Assembly: GCF_046119375.1 (NCBI RefSeq)
Contig: NW_027362773.1
Span: 112,840,001-112,904,000 of the forward strand
Source of the DNA: Phyllobates terribilis
Lineage: Eukaryota
Length of the DNA: 64,000 nt
Direction of reading: 5' to 3'
Under the pieces are notes generated by a model. It was not told where the DNA came from. It was given only the letters and a program-made list of their open reading frames with translations, and searched no databases. Below, one piece after another: positions 13,596-25,462 of the stretch. The stretch's first letter is position 1, and every line of letters starts with the position of its first letter. Position numbers and translations under genes: made by a program.

Positions 13596-14145
13596 TGTAG
13601 GAATGACTAACTACAACACAAAGGGAAGGGGGATAAGGGGGCCCAGGCTCTAGGGAAAGGGGGTAGGTTGACCTTATATCACCCTGTCTCCCCTAAATGT
13701 CCTTATATTGGTTCTGCACCAATCTCCACACAGGAACCTCGCCCTGTCTTTCCCTGGCGTTTGGCCCTGGCTAGGGAAAGGAGGGGATGAGCGCTAGTCG
13801 ATCCCCACTGACTACTAAAGACAACAAGGGGGAACAAACAAGGAAAGGTAGCTTAGCTTTAGTCAACTTCAGAGAGATGAACACACGTCCTCTTAGCACC
13901 AACGAGGAAGAAGTACTGCACTAGCTCCAAGCCTTCACAAGGGGTCATGTGAGTATCGCTGGCACCTCCCTCTAGCAAAAAGCAGGTATTTATACACCCA
14001 GGCCAGGGTGTTAATTAGCAAGAGGAAGGTAGCCACTGGGTCCTAGAGAGACAGCTTTTAAGAAGGTGTCTGTAATGCCGAATGAAGAGATCACCTGCGA
14101 ACAACTGCAGGGTGACTGTCTGTCACTTCTGACACACCCATGACA
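13596..14145. mobile_element. LTR-like insertion (550 bp) flanked by a 15-bp duplication
   Basis: TGTAG...TGACA ends; ctgctcatataagag lies at 13580-13594 and 14147-14161. Confidence 0.6.
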
Positions 14146-14829
14146 TCTGCTCATATAAGAGAGTGGTGCCCACTCCTGCTCAGGGGCCCACCAGAGGATT
14201 CTCCTGTGGGCCAGTCCAAGCCGAGTAGAAAAGCACTACTGAGTGCAAAACAGTCATCGTCTGCACATATGTTGCATCTCTTCCCCTTGCCTGTAACCTC
14301 GCTTTTAATGTGATGTAATAAAGAAGAGTTTTTATCATATTTGGAGAGTACTGCTGAAAAGGCTTTACACTCAATCTGAATTAACACAAATAGTTGCACT
14401 AAAATGTAGCAAAATTTGCACCAAAATTTAATTTCATACATTAGCGCAAAAATGTCACATTTTAAAAATGCAATTGATAAATCAGCCGCAAAAATCTGAA
14501 CACCCCAAACCGTACCCTTAAAGGGGTTGTCCACTACTAGGCAATCCCTTCTCGATCTGAATGTATGGTGCCAATAAAATAATAACACGTATACTCACCT
14601 CTCGTGCCAACACTGTTCCAGTGGTGTCGGCACTCGCATTTCTGGGCTCACGTGAGGTTGTTATGACATGTGAGCCCGACGCCCAATCATCAATGGCGTC
14701 ACTGCCCCCGCCTTTGGATGTATTGAACATCAACAGGAAGTCAGGGCTGCAGCTGATTATCAGCCATCAATTGCTTCTAACAGCCGCTTGTGGAGTGGAA
14801 CTCTGCCAGTGGCTGTTAAACTGTTAAAT

Positions 14830-16476
14830 GTCACTGTTAACCTTTGACAGTGGCATGTAACGTGCGCCGGCAGGGGGGGCGCATCATTCTAAGAGCCCAT
14901 TGGCGCGCCCGTGATGTGATCGCCAGGCGCCGATGGATTTCCACGACAGCCATGGGTCTGCTGAAGACCCTGTTTTTATCATGATGGCTTTCCTGTGAAA
15001 ACTAGCCCGTGACTGGCATTCGTAGAAAAACGTGATTTTTACTATATACAGCAATGCTGTGGTATTGCTATATATAGCACAAGCGATTAGAAAATTGCAG
15101 GTTCAAGTCCCCTAAGGGGACTAACAAATACAGTGAAAAAAAAATGTTTTAAAAAATATATATTAAAGTTTAAATCACTGCTCTTTACCCCCCCATCAAC
15201 AATAAAAATTAAAAAAATGCAAAAAGTTGGTATCGCTGCGTCTGTAACAGTTCGATCTATCAAAATATAATATAAATAAATCTGATCGGTAAACGGCGTA
15301 ATGAGAAAAAAATCGAAACGCTATCATTTTTTTGTTTTTTTAGGAGCCGCAACAACACAATAAAATGCATTATGAGGTGATCAAAACATGGTATCTACTC
15401 CAAAGTGATATCAATAAAAACATCAGCGTCCAAAAACAAGCCCTCACACAGCCCCATATTCCCAAAAAATGAAAACGTTACATCTCTTGGAAAATAATTA
15501 CGCAAGCAAAATGTTTTTTTTTTTTTACAAACTTTCAGAATTTTTTTCACCATTTAAATAAAATAAAAATAATGCATGTTTGATATCTCTGTAATCAAAC
15601 TGACCTGGAGAATCATATTTACGGGTCATTTTGAACACTGTAAAGTAACAAAAAAATGCAAAATTACGATTTTTTTGCTGCTATTCTGACTCACTTAGAA
15701 TTTTTTTTATCGCTTTCCAGTACATCACATGATAAAATGGATGGGGTCATTCAAAAGTACAACTCGTCTCGCAAAAAACAAGTCCCCACATGGCTTTGTT
15801 GACAGAAAAATATAAAAGTTATAGCTCTTGGAATAAGGGATGGAAAAAATGAAAGTGCATAGACGAAAATGTGCGCCCATCCTTACTGCGATTTTTGGGA
15901 GGCAGAATGAACAAATCAGCAGCAGGTGAAGAATTGGTTTTATTTATTTTTTACGCCGTTCTTCGTGCAGTATAAGTGATTAAACGACTTCTTGTGACGG
16001 CTTTTTTTTTGTGGGACGAGATGACAGTTTTATTGCTAACATTTTAGGCACATGACTTTTTTTGATCGCTTTCTATTCCGATTTTTGGGGGCAGAATGAA
16101 GCAATTGAGTAATTGTTTGTTTTGGGTTTTTTTTACCATGTGATAAAAGTGATAAGGCAGCTTTATTCTAGACATGCAGGAAATGTTATTTATTAACTAT
16201 TTTGTGCAATATAACGCTCTGGTTTAAGGGCATAAAAAATTATAAGTTTGAAAATTGCAAAATTTTCGTCATGCTTCTGATATTTCTACAGATAAACGCA
16301 AAAACTATCGACCTAAATAACCACTAACAAAGTACAACTTATCACGAAAAACAATCTCAGAATCACTGGGATCCGTTGAAGCATACCAGAGTTATTACCT
16401 CATAATTGACAGTGGTCAGAATTGAAAAATTTGGCCTGGTCAGAAAGGTGAAAACAGGGTCAGGGGTGAAGGAGTC
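14830..16476. mobile_element. Degenerate non-autonomous piggyBac-like element, homologous to 60575-63485
   Basis: Long collinear similarity (tagcacaagcga...ctgatcggtaaacggcgtaa...aaaagttat); degenerate right end ggggtgaaggagtcaa; boundaries approximate. Confidence 0.5.
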
Positions 16477-16768
16477 AATAATATATGGACCACAATGGGG
16501 AATATTATCAATATTATCATATTACTCCTATTGTGGAGTAATAATTCTAGCCCCAGTCCTCCAACTGGCCCAATTCAGTAATAATGTCTCTCAATTGGCC
16601 TCCTACAGTTAATATATTACCCACTTGCTACCATACATTATTAGTTTATGTCCCCCATCCTGTAAGAGTGTCCCCCATCCAGGCTCTTTTTTTAATAATG
16701 TCCCCCATTCTGTATTAATGTCCCCCATTCTGGCGCTCTTCTCCAAGACATATATGAAAAAAAACTAC

Positions 16769-16770
<2 letters not shown>

Positions 16771-16810
<40 letters not shown>
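16771..16810. repeat. (AT)n microsatellite
   Basis: Direct reading. Confidence 0.95.
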
Positions 16811-16814
<4 letters not shown>

Positions 16815-17524
16815 TATTCTTCTTACCTGTCCCCGTTCCCAAGAGGTGCAGCGTCCTCTTCCTACTCCTTTGCTGACGCAGGGAGGCAGGGGATCACAAC
16901 AGTGAAGTCATGTGCTGCCCATGACAGTCACGCGAACGTCAGCCTCCAGCCTCTGATAGGCCAGCGTCGTGTATGGCTATTGCGGTGCAGGGAGCTGGAG
17001 ACTCTCTAATACATTTCAACTGAATCCAGCTGAATATAGTGTTGCATTCGGTCGGCCACACCGTCCGTGACTGTGATTGTTATGCCCCTGGGAGGATGCC
17101 TTACCCACCTTTCTACATCTCCTAGCAAAGTTTTTACCCACATGCAGTTTACAGTTTCAGCGCCCACAAAGTTACCTCTTACTGGAGAATGCTCTTCCAG
17201 GGCTAGGGGCACTTCCATTGTGTTTTCTTGCTTTTTTGCATTTTACTTCAGGGAGAACTTCATTGGATTTTTACTTACTAATAAAAGTTTAAATGTTGAA
17301 AAGCAGGTGTAAGAGGGTGACCGGGACGGTCATGTGCTTCTCCCTTGATTAGAAAAACAGTTATAACCTGTGTATATGAAAAAATGTTGTTTACTGCAAA
17401 GAACCTTATAGGCACCAAGGTGCATGGTTAATGTATTGCTATAATATGTGGATGACTCAATGTGTTCTGATAAATGTATTAGATTTAGGGAAAGGATACG
17501 ATTATTACATAGGTTAAAATTTAG

Positions 17525-17970
17525 TTATAAGATAGGATTGGGAACAGTAATATGATGAGTCCCATAAGAACAGGAAGTAGACAAGTTTAGGATAGAAACA
17601 GTTGATGTGTTCAGGAACAGTTCCAGTGTGGGAGAGGTCGGGCCAGGTAACAAGGGGAGCATATCTTGGTTTCTGCAGTGCGAGTGAGAGATTAGATGGA
17701 GAGAGAGCAATAGTTGGAGGTCTGAGGGCACGAGAAGTACGAGCTGTTCAGCAGCAAGAGAATGTCAGCCATAAACTCGGAGCGGACATTCCTGGAACAT
17801 CCGGGGCCTACGGTCCAACTGAGGCACTGAGAAGCGTGCCTCAGTATCTTCCTAGGAGAGGAAATTGGACGGGGAAATCGCTAAGGGAGTTGGGACGGGA
17901 CTCTTGGAAGCAGCAGAGTATCCCAGGGGTCAGAGTTGAAAAAGAGGAAAGGGATAGCTCAGGGTGAGCA
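17525..17970 (-). mobile_element. Old LINE (L2-like) fragment
   Basis: The purine-rich plus strand gives a C/T-rich minus strand encoding an S/P/L/T-rich sequence (LNLSTSCSYG) resembling the L2 ORF2 linker; weak evidence. Confidence 0.35.
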
Positions 17971-18362
17971 CACAGCGGCCATCAGAACGTGCTGTGCTAT
18001 GGACTTTAAAAACGGAAAAGTTTGTGCCCAATACTGCGTGTCTCATTGAGATGAAAATGGACAGTTAAGTAAACTTCTTTATTATAAAATGAATTTGATG
18101 TCCCCTAATGTGCGTGCGGTGGTTCCTGAAGTTGAAGAACCGGAGACAGCAGAGGTCTGCAACCAAAACATGAGTGTTACACACCACACGCATAGCACAG
18201 GAGAATCGGGACACTGTTTATTTGTAGAGGGCCAGGGTGTGGGAACACAGCAGCCCCTCTCCCATGACTACCACCTTGCGCACCTTACACAGATAACATA
18301 AGAAAAACACATAACTTGTGTAACATTCTATCTCCTTTTTCTACTAATCATTATAATATATA

Positions 18363-19936
18363 CACTGCTCAAAAAAATAAAGGGAACACTTAAACAACAG
18401 AATATAACTCCAAGTGAATCAAACTTCTGTGAAATCAAACTGTCCACTTAGGAAGCAACACTGATTGACAATCAATTTCACATGCTGTTGTGCAAATGGA
18501 ATAGACAATAGATGGAAAGTATTGGCAATTATCAAGACACCCTCAATAAAGGAGTGGTTCTGCAGGTGGGGACCACAGACCACATCTCAGTACCAATGCT
18601 TTCTGGCTGATCTTTTGATCACTTTTGAATGTTGGTTGTGCTTTCACACTCGTGGTAGCATGAGACGGACTCTACAACCCACAGAAGTTGCTCAGGTAGT
18701 GCAGCTCATCCAGGATGGCACATCAATGCGAGCTGTGGCAAGAAGGTTTGCTGTGTCTGTCAGCGTAGTGTCCAGAGGCTGGAGGCGCTACCAGGAGACA
18801 GGCCAGTACACCAGGAGACGTGGGGGGGCCATAGGAGGGCAACAACCCAGCAGCAGGACCGCTACCTCTGCCTTTGTGCAAAGAGGAACAGGAGGAGCAC
18901 TGCCAGGGCCCTGCAAAATGACCTCCAGCAGGCCACAAATGTGCATATGTCTGCACAAACGGTTAGAAACTCCATGAGGGTGGTATGAGGGCCCGACGTC
19001 CACAGATGGGGGTTGTGCTCACAGCCCAACACTGTGCAGGACGCTTGGCATTTGCCACAGAACACCAGGATTGGCGGAGTCGCCACTGGCGCCCTGTACT
19101 CTTCACAGATGAAAGCAGGTTCACACTGAGCACATGTGACAGACGTGACAGAGTCTGGAGACGCCGTGGACAGCGATCTGCCGCCTGCAACATCCTTCAG
19201 CATGGCCAGTTTGGCAGTGGGTCAGTAATGGTGTGGGGTGGCATTTCTTTGGAGGGCCGCACACCCCTCCATGTGATCGCCAGAGGTAGCCTGACTGCCA
19301 TTAGGTACCGAGATGAGATCCTCAGACCCCCTGTGAGACCATATGCTGTTGCGGTTGGCCCTGGGTTCCTCCTTATGCAGGACAATGCCAGACCTCATGT
19401 GGCTGGAGTGTGTCAGCAGTTCCTGCAAGGTCAAGGCATTGAAGCTATGGACTGGCCTGCCCGTTCCCCAGACCTGAATCCGATTGAGCACATCTGGGAC
19501 ATCATGTCTCGCTCCATCCACCAACGTCACGTTGCACCACAGACTATCCAGGAGTTGGCGGATGCTTTAGTCCAGGTCTGGGAGGAGATCCCACAGGGGA
19601 CCATCCGCAACCTCATCAGGAGCATGCCCAGGCATTGTAGGGAGGTCATACAGGCACGTGGAGGCTACATACAATACTGAACCTAATTTTGACTTGTTTT
19701 AAGGACATTACATCAAAGTTGGATCAGCTTGTAGTGTTTTTGCACTTTAATTTTGGGGGTGACTCCAAATCCAGGCCTCCATTGGTTAATAAATTTGATT
19801 TCCATTGATGATTTGTGTGTGATTTTGTTGTCAGCACATTCAACTTTGTACAGAACAAAGTATTCAATGAGAATATTTAATTCATTCAGATCTAGGATGT
19901 GTTATTTGAGTGTTACCTTTATTTTTTTGAGCAGTG
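18363..19936 (+). mobile_element. Tc1-family DNA transposon, 1574 bp, short TIRs
   Basis: TA TSDs; TIR cactgctcaaaaaaataaagg(g/t)aacact. Confidence 0.95.
18660..19680 (+). pseudogene. Frameshifted DD34E Tc1 transposase
   Basis: [14 protein letters not shown] (HTH), FTDESRF, MQDNARPH and SPDLNPIE with 34 residues between D and E; frameshifts near 18825 and 18970. Confidence 0.93.
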
Positions 19937-20217
19937 TATATATGTGTGTATTTTTTTATTTTAAATATTGTTTTATTTAATTATATTCTTAAAAACTGAC
20001 TGTAAATCTCAATGTAATATTTGACACATATTAAATATTGCAAAACATTTCCAAACAGCAGGACTACAACTCTCCTTTTATTGTTTTAGTTACATGTAAA
20101 TCATGGAGGCTGCTCTGATATTATTGGATTGTTCATGTATTTCAATAGTTTTACTTCATAATGGAAGATATTCACATCAGATAGTGATTTTGCTGATTAC
20201 TTTCTTGTTTTCAGCTG

Positions 20218-20227
20218 TCACCCAAGC
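20218..20227 (-). CDS. TMEM272: TMEM272-like gene B, terminal coding exon (…RLG*)
   Basis: Strong acceptor ttttcttattttatttcag|G CTT GGG TGA completes the phase-2 codon; AATAAA at about 19955-19977; the paralogous exon of gene A reads RLE*. Confidence 0.8.
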
Positions 20228-20555
20228 CTGAAATAAAATAAGAAAAATAAAGTACTAGTAATTATGAGAAGTTGATAAGAATGAAAGGTATAGAAATAAT
20301 AGAGAAAAAGTAAAATGATAACTAAATGAAATAAAGAAAACTAAATGATAAGGAAAACTAATACAAAACAAAAAACATAAAAATAGCTCTAAAATACTGT
20401 TTTAGTAGTGTCTCCTGAAGTTTCCCCGCATTTTAAAGAAGGGAAATGTTTTTTTCATTATATGCAAAAAGAAAAAAAGTACTAATAAACTATTATAACA
20501 TTTATTTGCTCACTATATACAGTGAGAGAAGAAGAACGAACTACATAAAACTCAC

Positions 20556-20724
20556 CTCTCATAAAAGTATTGTCTTATATTAAAGGAACAGGAGCTGCGC
20601 AGTAACAATCCGATATAGATCAGGTAATCCACTATCATGACTCCGAATGCAAATGAGTAGAGATTCGGGTAACAAACATAAAGATCTTCATCATCATTGA
20701 TGCTTTTAAATAAAAAAGAACTGC
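20556..20724 (-). CDS. TMEM272: TMEM272-like gene B exon (TM4), 169 nt
   Basis: ag/gt boundaries, phase 1 to 2; GSSFLFKS...VCYPNLYSFAFGVMIVDYLIYIGLLL...FYER resembles TMEM272 C..TLYLFAVG. Confidence 0.88.
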
Positions 20725-21468
20725 CTGGAATGTAAAGTAACACAATAGTGTATATAACGACATCTAATTAGCCCTAAAAGATTATCATTCTCACAAAAGA
20801 TTGTAAGGTATATTTACGCAATGCGGATTTGCTACAGAAATTTTCTGCACATCTCATTTATCTTAATGTTGCTTGTTAGGGCAGGTTCACACGACGTATA
20901 AAAAAAAATCATTCAGTTTCATCAGTTTCATCCAGAAAACTCAGACTATTTTTTTTCTCCCTTGTCATCCGAGTACAATCTGTTTTTCTACAGCAGCATC
21001 TATTATACAAGACCATTTGCATTTTCCTAAGTTACAGAATTGCAATATATTCGTAAAAAAAAACAGATGCTGTAATGAGTCTCCATACGGCATCCAATTT
21101 TTTTATTTTTTGCGCACCCGTAGACTTGAAAGCTTGAGTCTCATCCGACACATGGAAGAAACTAGTGCATGCTGCCATTTTTTTCCCATGCAGACAAAAT
21201 TGCCAGTTTGTACTGCCCCATTAAATAACATTGGTCGGAGTGCTGTCCATTTTTTATGGGCACCATTGGGACCAAAAATACAGTCATGTGAACCTGGCCT
21301 TTAAGGGCTCTTTCACACGTCCGTGTTTCCTGTACGTGTGGTGACACTGACACACGCAGACCCATTTAAATCTAAAGGGTCTGCGCACATGTCAGTGTGT
21401 TTCCACGGACCGTTTTTTTTTGCAGATGCACGGTCTGCAAAAGTGCCTCACACTGAACAGACACAGGT

Positions 21469-21973
21469 TGTCAGGGTAAGAAAGAATATATATTTTTCCA
21501 CTTTTATACTTTTATACGCTTTGCTTATGTACTAACCACCATTTTGTGTCCTATAACAATAAGCTTTCCTTGCTACGTGTTACTTAGATCGAAACTTATG
21601 CTAAGATGGCGCCAGTATCAGCCAAGCACCTGTTTCAGAGAAATGAAACCAAAACATCAACTGACTGTTGTCTGCCCAGAGACTGAGTTAAGGAGTCGTG
21701 GACCAATCAGGAGTGGCTGGAAACTAGACATTTATGGCTTACCCCGCCCCGAACACCCCCTTTCCCCTCCCCATTACGTAGTGTATTTAAGTTTGTGCAT
21801 GCGGAAATAAAGACAGAACATTGCTGAGATCGTGGCTTGCCAGTAGCCTTCTGAGCATGCTCTGAGTTTGAACCAGCTTGTTGTCTGACTCATTCTTTGA
21901 ATGGTTGACCCATGCTCATAGCCTTAATTTGGAGTGACTGGAGGACGAGTGGAATGTCGCTACGACCCCGACA
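21469..21973 (+). mobile_element. Solo LTR (505 bp, ERV-like architecture) inside a Harbinger-like MITE (about 21305-22700)
   Basis: TGTC...GACA ends, near-TSD aggt/gggt, with CCAAT, TATTTAA and AATAAA in order. Confidence 0.7.
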
Positions 21974-24260
21974 GGGTGACATCCATGTGTCATCAGTGTG
22001 ACACGTACCGGCGCCTGGGAATCAGCTCTACAGTTAGCACTGCTCCCAAGTGCCGGGTGCTGAACGCTGCCCTCATCGTGGTTCCGGCTGCCGCTGCGAT
22101 CAACACCAGCAGGGACAGTGATGAGGGTAGTAGTAGTCTTCTACCGCAGTGTCCCTGTGTAAAAATAAGATTAAAATAATAAAATCCATATACAGATCTG
22201 TTTTAAGTGTCCCCCATTGTAATCCTCTGACCTCTGACGCCAAGGAGCCGGGGAGAATGAGCCGCTGCAGCGATTGGCCCCGGAGATGAGCTCAGTGAGT
22301 GACAGGACACCGCTCCTGAGCTAAGCTATGGGGCCCACTCGCTGGAGCGGCTCATTTTCCCCAGGGTCAGCGGTCAGAGGATTACAGCAGAGGACACTTA
22401 GAACAGGTGAGTATATGGATTTTATTATTTTAATCTTATTTTTAATTTTTACACAGGGACACTGCTGGAGAAGACTGCTACTACCCTCATCATTGTCCCT
22501 GCTGGTGCGGATCGCAGCTCCGGCCGGAACCATGATGAGGGCAGCGTTCAGCACCCGGCGCATGGGAACAGCGCTAACTGTATACTGATTCCCAGGCGCC
22601 GGTCCGTATGATCCTGATGCAGCACATGGGCAGCACACCGTTGCCACACGGAACACGGATGTCTCCGGTACCGGAAATATACGGACGCGTGAAACCGGCC
22701 TAAGGATCAGTTTAGCGTGTGGTCTTTAACCCTAACCAGTACTGATTAAAAAGTGTAGGAGTGAAAACATGTCGTCAGCAACTTAAAACTGGAACAGATT
22801 AAAGTAAATTTGAGGCAACTCAGCCTAAGGCTAGGGTCACACAAGCATATAAAAAATTGGTCCATTTTTCATCCTGAAAAGTGGGACGATTTTTTTTCTC
22901 ACTTGCCATTCACGTACAATCCGTTTCTTTACTCAGCTGTTATTAATCATTTACAGGACCATTTACAGTTTCCTATGTTACAGAATTGCAAAGTATCCGT
23001 AAAAATCGGATATTATACTGTGTCACCATACGGCATCCGATTTTTTTTCTCGCACCCATAGACTTGAATGGGCGAGTCTCTCCGATTTCCGGATGAAAAT
23101 TGTGCATGCTGTGTTTTTTTCAGACACAGATTCGGCCAGTGAAAACAATCACTCATCTGTACTGCTTATTGAATAAATTTGGTCCGAGTACGATACATTT
23201 TTTTTAACATGTAACACTCGGACCAAAAATACGGTCACGTGCACGAGCCCTAGCGGTTACAGTCTCCTAAAAAGGGCAAATATATATTCTTGTACCGTGT
23301 TAGCCAGTAGATAGAAAAATATTTATATTTGAAAGTCCTCAGTGGTTGATACCTTTTAATGGCTAACTGAAAAGATGGTAAGAAATTGCAAGCTTTCGAG
23401 ACTACTCAGGTCTCTTCATCAGGCATAGTATACCTCAAAATCTGAAGAGTCACATATTTATACACAATAAGACACACAAAAAATGCAATAGGTAAGACAG
23501 GTGATGAAACACCTAAACATTTCTGGCTATAAATATTTTAGCAGTTAATAGATAAGGAGTGTGAAGGTTTTATTGTCATGTGACTAGGTCCAGTGTTGTG
23601 ATGGCCTCAGAAGTCTGAGGAGCACATTCCTTAGTTGATGTAGAATGACATAAATCCGTGCGACACATTCATTCCTGCTCTGAAAGTGTTAAAGGTCACC
23701 ATCAGTTTATATTCTGAGATTCTTCTTTCTCTTTGAGATTTAAAGTTACCTTTTAATACCATTCTACATCAGCTAAGGAATGTGCTCCTCAGACTTCTGA
23801 GGCCATCACAACACTGGACCTAGTCACAGGACAATAAAACCTTCACACTCCTTATCTATTAACTGCTAAAATATTTATAGCCAGAACTGTTTATCTCTTC
23901 CATAATAACTCTGCTTTTCATCACCTGTCTTACCTATTGCATTTTTTTGTGTGTCTTATGGTGTATAAAGAGGGATTTTTGGTACTCACCGTAAAATCTC
24001 TTTCTTGGAGCCTTCATTGGGGACACAGGACCATGGGTGTATGCTGTTGTCACTAGGAGGCTGACACTAGGCAAAAAAGAAAAAAGCTCCTCCTCCGCAG
24101 TATACACCCGCCTACAGGCATGAAGCTCACCAGTTAGTGGCTAAAGCAGTAGGAGGAACTTAAACAATTAACTATGCAATGCCCAACATGGCACAACCGC
24201 GAAACTATATTAGATGCCCAACAGGGCCCACTGTAGCTATGCCCAAAATCAGGGAGGGTG

Positions 24261-24358
24261 CTGTGTCCCCCAATGAAGGCTCCAAGAAAGAGATTTTACG
24301 GTGAGTACCAAAAATCCCTCTTTCTTTATCGCTTCATTGGGGGACACAGGACCATGGG
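24261..24358. other. DIRS1 internal complementary region (ICR)
   Basis: ...gagtaccaaaaatccctc|tttctttatcgc... is the reverse complement of the joined right and left termini. Confidence 0.92.
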
Positions 24359-24409
24359 ACGTCCTAAAGCAGTCCCTAGGGTGAGAGAACAGAAAAAGGT
24401 AGCCACAGA

Positions 24410-25462
24410 CTAGGTCTGACTGCCGGCAACTGCTGCCTGCAGAACCTTCCGTCCAAGACTGGCATCAGCCGAGGAATAAGTGTGGACCTTGTAAAACCTT
24501 GAAAAGGTGTAGAGTGAAGACCATGTTGCAGCCTTACAAATCTGAGAAGCTGAAGCCTGATGGCGAACAGCCCAAGAGGCCCCCACCGCCCGGGTGGAGT
24601 TAGCCCTTACCCCCGGAGGCGGAGATTTGTCCGAGACGCGATATGCTTCCAAAATGGTAGAACGTATCCAACGGGCGATTGTTGACTTGGAAGCAGGGAG
24701 ACCCTTGCGACGCCCCTCAGGAACGACAAACAGGGCGTCCGAACGCCGAAGGGGAGCCGTTCTAGAAAGGTACACACGCAGAGCTCTGACCAGATCCAGT
24801 TTGTGCAGGGATTTCTCCCGAGGGTGCACTGGGGCCGGGCAGAAGGAAGGCAAAACAATGTCCTCATTGATGTGGAAAGAGGAGACTACTTTTGGCAAAA
24901 AGGAAGGCACCGGCCTGAGCACTACCTTGTCTTGATGGAATACCAGAAATGGTGACCGACAAGAGAGGGCTGCGAGTTCTGCAACCCTCCTAATAGAGGT
25001 AATAGCCACCAGAAAAGCCACCTTCCAGGAGAGAAGAGAGGCTGAAATGTCCTGAATGGGTTCAAATGAGGGCTGTTGAAGGACGCTCAGGACCATATTA
25101 AGGTCCCATGGAACCACCGGGTGGCGATAATCCGGCGCTAGGTGAGCCACCCCTTGCAGAAACGTCTTGACCTGAGGACAGAAAGCCAAGTTTTGCTGGT
25201 ATAGAATAGACAAGGCCGAAACTTGGCCTTTGAGAGTGCTTAGAGAGAGTCCCGCTTCCAGGCCAGACTGAAGGAAGGCCAAAATGACCGGTAGTGAAAA
25301 GACATGGGAGCTAGCTGATCCTTTTCACAGTGACGAAAGAAAGCTCTCCAGGTTCTGTGGTGTATGCGCGAGGTTGCGGGTTTCCTGGCACTAATTAGGG
25401 TCTGGATAACGTTGTCCGCAAAACCAGCTTTCCTTAACACTGCGGCCTCAATAGCCATGCCA
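24410..25462 (-). pseudogene. DIRS1 tyrosine recombinase (frameshifted near 25290)
   Basis: The N-terminal part (AGFADNVIQTLISARKPAT..YHRTW-like) is in ORF 25240-26295; the catalytic part SIRR..NSTR..W..FSRFY is in ORF 24410-25282. Confidence 0.9.

Noticed and set aside
14151-14588. ORF containing DDDCF, resembling the TMEM272 KDDC motif
   Set aside because: Lies in MITE sequence; no splice sites or following TM helix.
17006-17312. Overlapping short ORFs as a possible host exon
   Set aside because: No family motif or convincing splice pair; origin unresolved.
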